NCBI GenBank assembly: GCA_019828565.1 | Contig: JAHDYR010000008.1 | Span: forward strand, 248,001-312,000 | DNA length: 64,000 bases | Reading direction: 5' to 3' | Origin: Carpediemonas membranifera BICM | Lineage: Eukaryota; Protista; Fornicata | Shown: piece by piece, positions 12,301 through 22,550 of the stretch | Layout of the letters: every line of letters begins with the position of its first letter | Position numbering within the stretch: the stretch's first letter is position 1 | The notes under the pieces: generated by a model | Seen by the model: only the letters and a program-made list of their open reading frames with translations | The model's database searches: none | What the model was told of the DNA's origin: nothing | Position numbers and translations under genes: made by a program

Positions 12301-12332
12301 GCGCTGAACTGTCTGCTGAGATCAGGGTTCAT
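9315..12332 (-). CDS. Hypothetical coiled-coil protein (about 1000 aa)
   Basis: Long ORF with an E/L/K/R-rich heptad region and an acidic/Pro-rich C-terminus. The start may be a downstream ATG. Confidence 0.7.
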   Translation of the reverse strand: MNPDLSRQFSAPIHKFPLFHSSGHAPIRSPPRMRTHSAKMAEDGAAMLKPRLAAQLATQIGEKCDVYTPIPERTMNVLNVLQSFGDALPPSHKLVVHDIINALMTCLYTDGTPAEGLTVHLDSKKVGSAASLHHAASQSGTFAFEGVVSRTWFEESERRANRYETLHHDFMELEAKYEKEQRRTGELQRELTDITEGQSTVEDRIKALGWSNRELLKDKERLAKQVDAAEEEHNAVVDMLVSDRRELRLELDALKKENRALSAALQDQGAVQRTMALNSQLKLDLEAAEDRTRQMEELLRDQTRFIQGSAEADAPTTRMLQVNDAADIRLLELREMRDELVKSLSEALEDPALRHVWRQSIGSTLTLDNALDVAVAVDQTGAGGSRMVKLIDGLKSRLQDTEDQIRKIEIERKKSDFAAPNDGFVEIKVSAESSAGVTPMTTLRFCLGLEEHHGAACPHSLVDYTIPIEPGVRAVRLSHPTTFLKDYAVFSREAASRLSLPAGVPEHDHTPPLAHAILVHFGLVAPPNALSDVRLDQAMGMLWTWSSAVAKAEAARTAGMTGLPFKRPVLWLPTDPANPIAMQERWVAHLKANYGPLAPAAGYRIAVLLAANRHSPLAQFYESVLIQGILQAPAVWLFHRAVGRLEELIDAYPPRELLERFMSVVGKTMHSGLATVFRHPLREAVQRLGLVSPAQTHSVLREAIAAGVMGVVSSRFTERSAIYHKLIIHQLSATGQTEVDASVFEAVICRKMKNIPAQYLKGQFNALIDSAASHGMVLRQLALQLDAFSHVGEITSCSKGIVPARTAAFLAAAIDQIQFFVRPHQWGLETDAFDSDFESEPEEESEDLLDGMPEPLDQCADEDKVSSLPKIEFPVEQLSADETSSIDDQTARIMRETAQKPKKPIPPPPTSTMTKQTIELRLGSRRPSASNPWARHASEKSQMSGPGRGRLSGPKPNPPPRVNPELSTDKLPLPGLMRRDDMWRTGLGKKKEAEVEENAADYLFQ

Positions 12333-12525
12333 CGCCTGTCCTGTTGGGGTCTTCGTCGTGATTTTTTGGCATAACCTGCGCGATCCATGGTCAGTGGCCC
12401 CCGGTGGAATTGAGGAAGTATCCCGCTAGCACAGCATGTGCTGGATAGCCTCACTTCGGCTTGACCGTGGTAGCATCGGAATTGAGTGACTTGGGCCAGA
12501 GTTATGAGCGAACATCTCACGCTGA

Positions 12526-14244
12526 ATGAACGAAGAACGGCCGTTTGGAGGCCGCACAAGGTCAGTGATGTCTCCAAACTACTATAGGGACACGCTGAGT
12601 ACTCCTCCGTCGAAGCGGCGTCATCCATCGCGTCAATTCGATGAGTTTGATGGATTCGTCTCGCCCATGCATCAGGAGGAGAAGCTGCGCATACCATCAG
12701 CGAATATCAAGAACCTAGACCCTGCTTCCTCCATCCGTAGGCCACCACGAAACACAAGCCCGCTCTCCAACCGAGCCGACGACATCCAGATCACACTCCC
12801 GCCGCCCCCGCCCAGCAACAGGTCAATCAGCGTAGTGGAAGCAATATTCCCCACCCCAAAGGCCAAACTCAAGGCCGAGCAGCTTATGACTGAAAACGTT
12901 GCCCGGCTCCAGCAGATTATGGCTGAAACTAGACGCCACCAGACCCGCATGTCGGCCCGGTGTAAGACAGCCGTGCACAGACCGAGCCAGCGCCTCTTTG
13001 TAGGCCGTGCGATGTGTGCGGACGTCGGGGCCCACCCCATGGATGAGCCGGACGACTCCCCCAACACTCCCCAGACAGTCCCCAGGAAGCCGCGGAGGGC
13101 ATCACCCACCATGCTGGCGATGTATCAGAGACGCCATGCCGGTGCAGGTGGTAAGACTGGCGGTCCAATCGCCCAGGCGCCGATCCCGACCGAGCCCGAC
13201 CATGAGGTGACTCCGAGCCTGGACGATCTCCCAAGTCCTCGGCCCCTGACACCCGCAGACACGGCGACAGAGACAGCGCCAGACTCTGGCAAGGTCGGGC
13301 CGGGCAGTGACACGTCGACAGATGAGGACCATTTTGACCCGACCTCAATCAGTACGCGGTTGGAAGAAAGAATGCTTGCCCTGCCCCCCGCCTCACCAGC
13401 CGTGCCCGTGGCCATGGTTCGCCCTGAGACCCCCACTGAGCTCCGCACCCATGTCGACCTGACCCCGCACACTCCCCCTGGGTCGTCTGTGCTTCGACGG
13501 AGCGGTAGGTACCTCGGGAAGGTGCTTAGCACCGATGTGAACGATTTGTTGCAGTGTATTCCCCGGCAGGTTAAGCAGCAGCAGGTCGCCATTGATCAGG
13601 AGCGGAAGAAGAGCGAGCACGGCCACATGAGACGGGCAGTACAAATGGACCGCGAGAGGAGGCAGAGGCTGTCTGCCGCCCCGATGCCGAGCACGGTTTA
13701 TGACTCACCGCCGGCCCATTACGATCTCATGGATGTGGAGCCGACTGTCGGCGGGTCGCCCCCGAGGAAAGTACCGTTCAGACCACCGCCCCACCCTGTT
13801 CATAAGCAGCCGGTGAAGGGGCAGCCGTTTGATCTGGAGGAGGTCACTGCCGCGGCAAGGAGCTGTAGTGCGAATGCCAGGCGGGTGATTAGTCGTGAGG
13901 CCAGACCTTTCTCTGTCCAGCTGACCCGCAGGCGCCAGCAGAGCCGACTAGGACGACCCTCTTCCACGCTCAACACCCGCACTGTCGGTGGTACGATGTG
14001 GCGGCAGTCAAGCTCGATGCCCCCAGCCCATCGGCCCTCGCTGGCGCTGTCGGAGAGCATGTTAACGCCACAGTTCACTCTGCCCAGCATGACACAGTCG
14101 GGGAGACGGGTCGGACGGAGAGAGAGGCCAAACAGCCCCGCTGGACCCGCGACTGCGAGGTCAACCCTTGCCCTGTCAACGATGCTTCCACCAGCTGAGT
14201 TCCCCTCGCCAGCTTCGTTACCTGGGACACCGGAGAGGTGGTGA
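12526..14244 (+). CDS. Hypothetical Pro/Ser/Arg-rich, largely disordered protein
   Basis: 572-aa ATG-initiated ORF filling the space between neighbours; no recognisable domain. Confidence 0.65.
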   Translation: MNEERPFGGRTRSVMSPNYYRDTLSTPPSKRRHPSRQFDEFDGFVSPMHQEEKLRIPSANIKNLDPASSIRRPPRNTSPLSNRADDIQITLPPPPPSNRSISVVEAIFPTPKAKLKAEQLMTENVARLQQIMAETRRHQTRMSARCKTAVHRPSQRLFVGRAMCADVGAHPMDEPDDSPNTPQTVPRKPRRASPTMLAMYQRRHAGAGGKTGGPIAQAPIPTEPDHEVTPSLDDLPSPRPLTPADTATETAPDSGKVGPGSDTSTDEDHFDPTSISTRLEERMLALPPASPAVPVAMVRPETPTELRTHVDLTPHTPPGSSVLRRSGRYLGKVLSTDVNDLLQCIPRQVKQQQVAIDQERKKSEHGHMRRAVQMDRERRQRLSAAPMPSTVYDSPPAHYDLMDVEPTVGGSPPRKVPFRPPPHPVHKQPVKGQPFDLEEVTAAARSCSANARRVISREARPFSVQLTRRRQQSRLGRPSSTLNTRTVGGTMWRQSSSMPPAHRPSLALSESMLTPQFTLPSMTQSGRRVGRRERPNSPAGPATARSTLALSTMLPPAEFPSPASLPGTPERW

Positions 14245-14355
14245 GCTGTATTTGTACGTATAAGAATGAGAGCTCCTGATACTACAGGGGATGAAGGATT
14301 AAACCCTTCTGAATCTTATTACTCGATTTATGTATAGTTGTCGGCGATGATAAAT

Positions 14356-15998
14356 CTACTTCTCGACGGAGTAAGAGAACGCCCCGTCAACAAACTGCCG
14401 GCTGGCCTTGAACCCGGCTAGGGCCTTGTAGGAAGCGGGGTTCTTGGTGAGATCAGACAAGAAGGCCTCGGCCATCAGACGCGTCTCGAAGGAGACGGCC
14501 TTACCCTGCGCGGTGACAAAGTCGTCAGCGGTGCCCTTGAAGCCGGCCTTCGCGACGAAATCCTCGGAGTCCTTGCTGAACGTGTTCATGGCGTCAGCGG
14601 CGAGCTTGCCGTCCTGGACGCCAGGCTGGTCGTAGGCGTTGATACCCTTGAAGCAGGCGAGGAAGGTGACGACGCGCTCCTCGAGGGCGACCATCATGCC
14701 GATGTTGAAGGGCGTGGGCTCGTCATATGTGCACGTAATGAACTCCTTGCCGTTCTGGTGCAGCGCGGCCTCGGTGCCCTTGATGAATGCCAGGAGCTGG
14801 CGCCCGACAGAGCCTGCCTTGGCATTGTCGAGGTCGCCTGAGCGCTTGGCGAAGTGCACGAAGCGAACGAAGCAGTCGCGGAGGCCCTTCTGGACCTGCT
14901 GCATGAAGGCGTGCTGCTCGCCGGTGCCGACGCCGCCAAAGACGGTCTGGCCCTCCACAGCGGGCGTGCCGTCGACGTGGTAGTTCTTACCGAGGGACTC
15001 CATGTACAGCTGCTGCAGGTAGTGGGCGAACTCTTTCAGGAAGTCGCTGTAGCAGAGGACAATCATGTTCTTGCTGCCCTGCATGAGCGTCATCTGGTGG
15101 ATGGCGACGGCAAGAAGCATGGCGGGGTTCTGCTTGATCTCTGGGCGCCGCGTCATCGCGTCCATGTGCCCCTGGCCCCGCAGGAAGTCCGCGAAGTCGA
15201 TGCGTGCAAAGGCAGCGGGGACCATGCCGATGGCGGTGCCGATGGACGTGCGGCCGCCCGTTTCGGTGGCCATGTAGTAGATGCCGAGGAACTTGTGCTC
15301 CTGGGCGAACTTGTCGAGCATCGAGCCGGGCGTCGTCACGGCCATGCTGTGGGGGCCGAGCTCGAGGCCCGTGGACGCCACCAGGGCAGTCCAGGCGTCC
15401 GTGGCGCCCTTGGTCTCGGCGGTGCTGCCGGACTTCGACATGGAGACCATGACGGTGGTGGCGACGTCGAGCTTGTTGAAGAGTAGGTGGTATGTATCGG
15501 GATCAGTGTTGCTCATGAAGTGGATGCGGACGGGTAGGCCGGACTCGAAGTTGAACTCGTCGCCGTACTGCGAGATGACGAGCATGAGAGGGCCGAGGAA
15601 GGAGCCGCCGAGCCCGTTGAAGATGACGTCCGTGTAGCGCTTGCCCTCGGGCGTGGTGGTCTTGCCGTCGAGAATGGCGTCGATCTCCGTCTTGATGGTG
15701 TTCCACTGCGCGATCGAGTCGGCGAGGGACTTGCCGGCCACGGGCGAGGCCTCCATGCGGTGGTTGTAGTGGTCCACGGCGCGGTCTTCACTCTCTGTGG
15801 GGTGCGCAGTCGTGTTAACAACCTCGCCGGCCTCTATCTTCTCAACCATAGCCAGAGCACTCTTGGCGAGAAACGCTGTCGCCTGGGATTCGAGCAGCTC
15901 ATCGGTGACGGTCTCGAAGCCGTCGAGGGAGAGCACAAATTCGGATTTAGGGTCAAAGAACTGCAGTAAGGTAACAATGGGGGCTTTCTTACCTTCAT
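14356..15998 (-). CDS. GPI: Glucose-6-phosphate isomerase (one intron, 15961-15992)
   Basis: Motifs GLGGSFLGP, SKSGSTAET, GGRTS, QQLYMESLGK, QHAFMQ and AYDQPGV. ATG AAG|gtaaga..cttactgcag|TTC gives MKFFDPK in frame. Strong C-ending codon bias. Confidence 0.95.
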
Positions 15999-16179
15999 TT
16001 GTCGAAGAACACAAGTGGAGATGCGACAAGAGTGATTTCGATCGATCTTGTCAGCATCAGGCTGCCCTGGTGACACGCGACAGTCTCCGAAATCAAGGCA
16101 CCAGCCGGTCCAATAGGCAGTAAGTGCCATGGGGCGGCCCCTTCTTTCGGGTCGTGTCATGGTCATTTATTGAGATTGA

Positions 16180-16476
16180 TCACACCGTCATCTCCGAGTC
16201 CGTCTGAGAGGGATGTGGTGGTATCACAGCGAGCATTTCTGACCTCGAAATACTGACATAAGAGATAACTGGATAACCGGTACTGGTGGTACCGGTGTAT
16301 AATGGCAAGGCCGTCTGTTGAGGGCCGTACCATGGTTGGGTGGCGGGTCGGGTCAACCTCACAGCCGGAAGATTGTGGGAACTAAATGAAGGCAGTGATG
16401 GTGTACAGGGTCTAGGTCCACAGCTCGCTGCCCTGCAGCGCCCCAGCCTGGGCCCCGCAACTTTAGGTTTCGACAT
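16180..16476 (-). CDS. Small hypothetical protein (98 aa)
   Basis: An AC-rich leader precedes the ATG and AATAAA follows the stop. It fills an otherwise long divergent gap, but no domain is recognised. Confidence 0.3.
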   Translation of the reverse strand: MSKPKVAGPRLGRCRAASCGPRPCTPSLPSFSSHNLPAVRLTRPATQPWYGPQQTALPLYTGTTSTGYPVISYVSISRSEMLAVIPPHPSQTDSEMTV

Positions 16477-16563
16477 TGTGGTGTTTAGAGGTTCTATGTG
16501 GAGGATTCATGTAAAGGTTTAGACTCAACAACAATTCTAATCCTGCGCAGCACAGACATTGCA

Positions 16564-17403
16564 ATGCTAGCCAGTGTCAACGTCAGTTTGATCGCTGTAC
16601 TGGCTATATTACTCACTGCTCCGGTATGTATCCGTGCAAGCTCCTGTTCTGTGGAGCTAGACGGCCACACGTATGATCTCTCGAGCTTGAGCACAAAAAC
16701 GAACTACTACGTCGACGACGCCACAGATCCAGCAAACTGGGAATACATGATGAACTTCTGCCAGCCTGTTCAAACTACAGTGACTGTCTGTGAAGGAATG
16801 GCTGTCTGTAAGATGCAGAAGATCCACCTATCGACATACTCGCCTCTCGGCCGCTACGACAACTACGTAGTCGCCAAGCCGGACAACACACCGTTCAAAC
16901 CAAAGAAAGCTGTGTTCCAGATCACATACTTGAAAGGGGTAGACCCCAACGGCGTCCGCAGAGACTCGACGATGTACTTTGTCTGCGGGTCGACAGACAA
17001 CTTCGTCATGAAGGGAATGGAGGACACAGGGATGTATAGCATCTACTACTTCGCTATTACTACCCCGGCTGCTTGCAATGCGAGCCACCACACCAATATT
17101 ATCGTGGCCGTCGCCTCATTTATCGGGCTGGGCTGGGTGTTGCTCGTCCTGATGGCCCTAGGCGTATTTATATATCTAGCCGTCGGTATGGTATACAAGA
17201 GGCTTGCCCTCGGTGCCACTGGTCTTGAAATCATCCCTAACATCGACTTCTGGTCCCGCGTTCCTGGCCTAATGATCGACGGGTGCAAGTTCATCACCTG
17301 GCCGGTAACATGGGTGGTAAGCCTGGTCATCAAGCACGGAGGGGGCGGTGGGCAGGGTTACTCCGCTATCGACGACAATGACGGGGCGATGCCCGAGATC
17401 TGA
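16564..17403 (+). CDS. Cation-dependent mannose-6-phosphate receptor / ATG27-like sorting receptor
   Basis: Signal peptide, MRH-type domain (YDLSSL..NFCQPV..AVC..FVCG..TPAAC), TM helix, the tail motif GLEIIPNIDFW..GC and a YxxPhi motif (YSAI). Confidence 0.85.
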   Translation: MLASVNVSLIAVLAILLTAPVCIRASSCSVELDGHTYDLSSLSTKTNYYVDDATDPANWEYMMNFCQPVQTTVTVCEGMAVCKMQKIHLSTYSPLGRYDNYVVAKPDNTPFKPKKAVFQITYLKGVDPNGVRRDSTMYFVCGSTDNFVMKGMEDTGMYSIYYFAITTPAACNASHHTNIIVAVASFIGLGWVLLVLMALGVFIYLAVGMVYKRLALGATGLEIIPNIDFWSRVPGLMIDGCKFITWPVTWVVSLVIKHGGGGGQGYSAIDDNDGAMPEI

Positions 17404-17534
17404 TGATGATGGGCGCGGCTGAGACGGTATAAAGGACGCCCATTGTGCTTGCTGTGCTATTCCATGGGTGTTCACGGGTTTTGGACTCCTCTCTCGACTC
17501 ACGACTGTGGCGCCAAGTCTACGACGATTGAACG

Positions 17535-20500
17535 ATGGCGGGATCGCTCACAATTCTCTCGCCCGTCTCAGGAGGCGGTATTCCCGTGTACATCGATATT
17601 ATAGACAGCTACCTTGGCGCAGACGTTCCCACGCTCTCCTGGCTCCCAGACCGGGCAATACGATTCAAGCTCGAACGAGGGCAGATCACCTTGCAAGTTC
17701 TGAACATCATGGTGAGTGTTAGTATCAATGGAGAGCCTGCACAGCTCGATGACGCCTCCCGATGCACCGTTCACCTGGGCGACGAGCTTACGATCTCAGT
17801 TGGCGTCAACACGGCCACCTACATCCTCAGCAAGACAGAAGCACGCCCGCCCCCCACTCCATTCACCTACACGGCCTCCCAGTGGTCCTCCTACAGCTCC
17901 ATCATAGCAGCCACGCCACCGTCCCATGATCCCCACCTCTTTTCCCTCCCCATGCCGCGCTTCCCGTCAAAGCAGCCCGAGCCGGCCAAGAGATCCCGTC
18001 GACACAACGCCAGTGTCACTGAAGTAGCCCCCACCGTCGACTCCAAGAACATCCTCCGCCAGTTCCGGGTCTGGGGTCGTTGCATGGACGTCGCCGACCT
18101 GTTCCCGCCGCCCTCCGAGCAGAACACTACGGCTATGACCAGCATAGAGTGCCTCACACCCGCTGGAACAGAGCAGTTCATCGCATTCACCAAGCAGATC
18201 TCCCCCTCCCTTGTCTCTGACAACCGCATATCCTGCACCGGTCATCAAATGATGACCCTTGTCACATACATCACAGTACTCACGATAGAGGACTGCATGG
18301 TCAGGAACATCCCACTAGAACTCCCGGCCACGCAGGTGGAAAAGCTCCTGGCATTTATTAGCACCCGCGTCCACGGGGTCGACGCTGGTGCGGCTGACTT
18401 CCTTCGCTTCCTTTACTCCAGAGGGACTCGAATGCTGCCACCCATGCCGGACCACCCTGATGACGTAAGGCTGACCGCTGGACCGCCCGTGTCATGTGGG
18501 TTGGCACATCTGGTCGGAGTCATGCAACTCCTCAACCCGTCCAATCAAAATGCCCAATTGATCGGTACACTGACACTCCACGGGCCAAGGGGTGACGCCG
18601 ACGAGTCCTCCTTCGCCATGCGGGCCTTCAATCCGGTCCACCCTGGCCTGGGGCGGCATCTCACCAGCAAGTGCTCCTGTCTCTCAGAGTACCGTGGCCA
18701 GCGTCGGAGCGACGACCGTATCCTGCTCGAGCAGACTGAGAAGATCACCAAGCCAGTCGACCCACAGCTTCTACTGCCCGACCCGCTCGTTGGACCTGAC
18801 TTGGGCACTCCTGATGTCAGCGGCACGGTTGCCGGGGCCCTGCTCGGTCATGCCTGGGACCTTGGAATGGTCAGCCCCGAGAGCCTCAGCTCGCACCAGA
18901 CTGGAACAGTGATGAGTCTGCTCCGGCTACTGGTGAGTCAGGCGTCGAGACAGCGGGCGATCAAGGCCGTGTTAAGTGAGTATTTCTCGGGAGAGCACTT
19001 TAGCGAAGGTACAGCGACTCTAGCAGGGTTCCAGGGGCAGTTTAACGGGAGAAACGTCATCAAAGTCAGTGACAAGGCGCTGGATACCATTGAGGGTCAC
19101 CTCGCATGGGCCGCAGACTCCTCCGCGGCCAAGCTCATTGTCAGCATGATCCGACTCCGGAGAGTCATGACCGGAGTCAGTAAGTCGCCATCCCTCGACA
19201 CCGTGGCCCAGAGTCACGGGGCCGTGATCGCCCAGTTCATTGATGCCCACGGAGTCGACAGGCTGCCCGACATTGCCATCAGCGACGTCGCCCTCATACT
19301 CGACACAGCACTACAGCACAGCCAGCTGGCCAACCACACCGTGGACGCCACCGGCCGTGTCATCACGGAGCTATCGATCCGACCAACCCTCGGCGGCAGG
19401 TCGTGGCTGGGTGCACTTTACGGCAACCTATGCATGGCCATCCCCCAGGACCCAGCCCTCTTCTTCAGCGCCATGCAGTGCATCGTTTCCAGTGTGAGCG
19501 GCAGCGGGATCAAGCCCTGGGCCGCTGGAGTCGCACTCACCGCTCTGGCCTCTCACCCCGACCCCCACCCAGCCCTGCTCCAGACCTGCCTGCTCTGGAT
19601 TTATGAACGCACGCCCCGTCTCCTGACTGACCAGAGAGCGGACCGCGTCGTGACTGCTCAGCTGCTCGCTGTGCTTGCCAGGGTCTCCCTCAAGAGCGCT
19701 GGGTCGGGGCCGCTTGGCTCTATACTGGAGCTCAACCCGCCCAGGGGAGCTAAGCTGGAAGGCCCCATCGCATCGTTTAGAGAAGATTTATGTGTGTTGA
19801 TTTACGAGACATGTATGGGTCTGGTAACCGACTCAGAGCTCGGCACGGGTAACATCGAGACCATAGCACGCGCCAACCCCGTCACCAAACTCATGGTCAG
19901 GCCCGGTGGCCGTAACACTCTGCCGACCCTTCGCCCAAGCGTGACCGACATCTCCTTTGGGGACTTTGCCCTCGAGATGGCGCCCTTCCTTGCTACAGTG
20001 AAGGCGACGGCTTACAGTCGCATGATGAAGTCGTCATCGACCCACACCATGGCGCTAGTAACGTCGCAGTGCCCAGACGGGGCGAGTCACCCAAGCACTG
20101 TGAAGCTGGTGGAGATGATCAACGACACAGTCAAGTTCGGTTATCTGGCCGAGAAATGGGGTCTGAATCTCCATAGGTCCGTCTCAATACGTCTGAGAAA
20201 CGCCCTAGGCGCCACTGCCGACGGTCTGTGGGGCGCAGTCTCCGCGAGTGTCGAGGACCTTGTCGCCGCCATCAAGAACCCAGCTCCAACAACAACGCCA
20301 GACGCCGCTGCCTGCACCGCCCTGCTCGCCACTACAGCACAGGGCATGCTGATCAACGGCTTCGCCCTCGACCGGCAGCGGGGCAAGGAGCACATCCCGG
20401 TCGCCTTCCTCGAGCAGGCTTTGCGGACCACCCCGGCCAACCCCGTAGTCTGGCTGCTCTACACCGCAGCCATGCTCCACGGGTCAGCCGAGTACGACGA

Positions 20501-22106
20501 GGATACGACGCAGGCCTACCCACTGCTATCGGCCAACTGGAAGGGTGGTGTTCCACCGGAGCCCCCAACGAACGCCGCTGATATGCTCACCTGGGGAATG
20601 CATGGCACTATCCGGGGCGTGTACAAGTCGACGTTCATTGCGGCAGTGACTAACGCGCTCGGGTCCCCAGCCGGCTTCTCGGCGCAGATTCTCCTCATCT
20701 CTACGGTGCTGTTTAAGGTCCAGAAACTCATGAAGACTGCTGCTCATCAAATGATTATCCACGCCCACCGCACGCCGATGACCCTCGCCCAGTACGCCAA
20801 GGCCATCATCCCGACCTTTGTCGCCCACGTCGTGTTCCACTGCCCCTCACCTTCGGGCTCCCACGACCACGTTACGGGAGTTCCCGGCATGCTCGAGCAG
20901 TATAAGGTCTTCACCCAGCTCGCCCTGAAGCGACTGATCGATATGAGAAATCGTTGGGTCAACAGCACGATGTCCATGCCTGAAGTGATCTCTGTCAACG
21001 CTCTCCAGAGCTACATGTACGCTGACACGCAGAGCATCGTCGGATCCGCGGTCGGCAGTCTCAGAGCAGGTGTAGCGGTCACCGAGGCACTCAAGAACTC
21101 CGCCAGCTACATCAAGGACTCTTGCGAGAGACCGACCGAACTATCGGCCGCCATGTTCCGTGTGGCGTTCAGACCTACCCTCCTACCACACACCGACACG
21201 TCCACCTACACTGGACCCGACCTGGGCCTGTTATTCAGTCGAATGGGGCACGGAGACCCACACCAGGTGCTGAGGTTAGGCTACTGGGCGATCATGTTCA
21301 TGGGCACCGCCCATGGTCTAACAGACAGAGTTGAGGCGATGCAGGCGACCGCGGCGGAGCTGTGGAGAGGGCTTGAGCCTTACTCGATCCCCCAGTCGAC
21401 CATGAGCATATCGCGGATGATTGTGTCGAATCTCAGGATTCAGTCGAATCATGTCGTATCTAAGATATCTGGTGTAATCTACGGTATTGTCCACTATCTC
21501 ATGGCAATTATATCAGCTGCCATCACTGACGATTTCACCCTTTTGTTCCAGCACTTCGAGATGGCCGAGATGACGTTCAGTGAAACCATTGAGCGCCACT
21601 ACCTTGCCCTCGCCTGCAACAGTGCCTTCATCATTGTGCTGATGCTCGCCTCTACTGGCGATGAAGAGTGTCTCGTGCGGTCACGGTATATCATGGCGAT
21701 CCTGCATTATTTGATCCAGACTAGATACGACAGGGCAACGAAGCTGACAACAAAGCACCGCGAGTCATGCCAGCAGCTCTACAGGGCAGCTGTGGAGGCC
21801 CTGGACTCTGGTGTGCACGCCCATTTGCCCTCTGCCAGCGACGAGTGGCGTTCCATGGCTAGAGCGTATCACGCAGAGTCGATGAGCGGAATCCGGAGTG
21901 CTGTTGGGTTTGCGTATGATATGCCGCGGACAACGATCCTGGCCCAAGCGTATGTGGCGTCTTTGGAGGCGACGAGGGATACCGAGCGGCTCACGGCAGT
22001 GCTGCAGAAGGTGGGGAAGGAAAGGACGCTGTTCTCGCAGGGGTACTTGACGACAGAAGTGATACAGAGCGCTATCGACGCGATACGGCAGGACAGCTAT
22101 GAATGA
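17535..22106 (+). CDS. Large hypothetical protein (1523 aa) with a possible N-terminal FHA-like domain and helical repeats
   Basis: Long ORF. VSINGEP...VHLGDELTI resembles the C-terminal half of an FHA domain. Confidence 0.7.
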   Translation: MAGSLTILSPVSGGGIPVYIDIIDSYLGADVPTLSWLPDRAIRFKLERGQITLQVLNIMVSVSINGEPAQLDDASRCTVHLGDELTISVGVNTATYILSKTEARPPPTPFTYTASQWSSYSSIIAATPPSHDPHLFSLPMPRFPSKQPEPAKRSRRHNASVTEVAPTVDSKNILRQFRVWGRCMDVADLFPPPSEQNTTAMTSIECLTPAGTEQFIAFTKQISPSLVSDNRISCTGHQMMTLVTYITVLTIEDCMVRNIPLELPATQVEKLLAFISTRVHGVDAGAADFLRFLYSRGTRMLPPMPDHPDDVRLTAGPPVSCGLAHLVGVMQLLNPSNQNAQLIGTLTLHGPRGDADESSFAMRAFNPVHPGLGRHLTSKCSCLSEYRGQRRSDDRILLEQTEKITKPVDPQLLLPDPLVGPDLGTPDVSGTVAGALLGHAWDLGMVSPESLSSHQTGTVMSLLRLLVSQASRQRAIKAVLSEYFSGEHFSEGTATLAGFQGQFNGRNVIKVSDKALDTIEGHLAWAADSSAAKLIVSMIRLRRVMTGVSKSPSLDTVAQSHGAVIAQFIDAHGVDRLPDIAISDVALILDTALQHSQLANHTVDATGRVITELSIRPTLGGRSWLGALYGNLCMAIPQDPALFFSAMQCIVSSVSGSGIKPWAAGVALTALASHPDPHPALLQTCLLWIYERTPRLLTDQRADRVVTAQLLAVLARVSLKSAGSGPLGSILELNPPRGAKLEGPIASFREDLCVLIYETCMGLVTDSELGTGNIETIARANPVTKLMVRPGGRNTLPTLRPSVTDISFGDFALEMAPFLATVKATAYSRMMKSSSTHTMALVTSQCPDGASHPSTVKLVEMINDTVKFGYLAEKWGLNLHRSVSIRLRNALGATADGLWGAVSASVEDLVAAIKNPAPTTTPDAAACTALLATTAQGMLINGFALDRQRGKEHIPVAFLEQALRTTPANPVVWLLYTAAMLHGSAEYDEDTTQAYPLLSANWKGGVPPEPPTNAADMLTWGMHGTIRGVYKSTFIAAVTNALGSPAGFSAQILLISTVLFKVQKLMKTAAHQMIIHAHRTPMTLAQYAKAIIPTFVAHVVFHCPSPSGSHDHVTGVPGMLEQYKVFTQLALKRLIDMRNRWVNSTMSMPEVISVNALQSYMYADTQSIVGSAVGSLRAGVAVTEALKNSASYIKDSCERPTELSAAMFRVAFRPTLLPHTDTSTYTGPDLGLLFSRMGHGDPHQVLRLGYWAIMFMGTAHGLTDRVEAMQATAAELWRGLEPYSIPQSTMSISRMIVSNLRIQSNHVVSKISGVIYGIVHYLMAIISAAITDDFTLLFQHFEMAEMTFSETIERHYLALACNSAFIIVLMLASTGDEECLVRSRYIMAILHYLIQTRYDRATKLTTKHRESCQQLYRAAVEALDSGVHAHLPSASDEWRSMARAYHAESMSGIRSAVGFAYDMPRTTILAQAYVASLEATRDTERLTAVLQKVGKERTLFSQGYLTTEVIQSAIDAIRQDSYE

Positions 22107-22139
22107 TCTGATCATTTGATTAAATGTGCGGTTGAGAGT

Positions 22140-22525
22140 GTAATTTGGGCTGAGAGATGCCGTTATGCAGGATTGGCTTGCCCCAGCTGTCGCACATAAA
22201 TGGGGTTAGACCAACAATGGGTTGACTTATCAGAGAGTTGTCAACTGTGCGCCGTGACAGTCGCGATCGGTCGGGCGAGTGTCAAACATGAGCACAGCAC
22301 TCTTCAAGTGTTCATGATTACAAGGTGCATTCATGTCAAATCAGCCTGGGTATCGGCCGCCAAGTCGAGTCAGAAGACGTGACCATGCTGGTGCCTATGT
22401 GGAATACCGGAGCCGGGGATGCCACAGTCAGCTAGCCCTATGATTCCTTGAATGAACGAGTCTGCATGTCTCATCGATTCAGGGGCGATAGTTTGCCTCT
22501 ATCCGGCATTATCCCCAGCTTTTCT
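22140..22525. ncRNA. Candidate structured non-coding RNA, unidentified
   Basis: An unusually long convergent gap packed with stems (gttgac/gtcaac, catgagcac/gtgttcatg, ccttgaat/attcaggg, gatag/ctatc, ggggat/atcccc), ending in a T run on the + strand. Confidence 0.3.
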
Positions 22526-22550
22526 CCACTATACACTATACATCATGCAT

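Noticed and set aside
22200-22212. Telomerase RNA template (CTAACCCC on the minus strand) or RNase MRP CR-V
   Set aside because: It is not a 1.5-repeat template, and no matching CR-I/P4 partner lies at a suitable distance.
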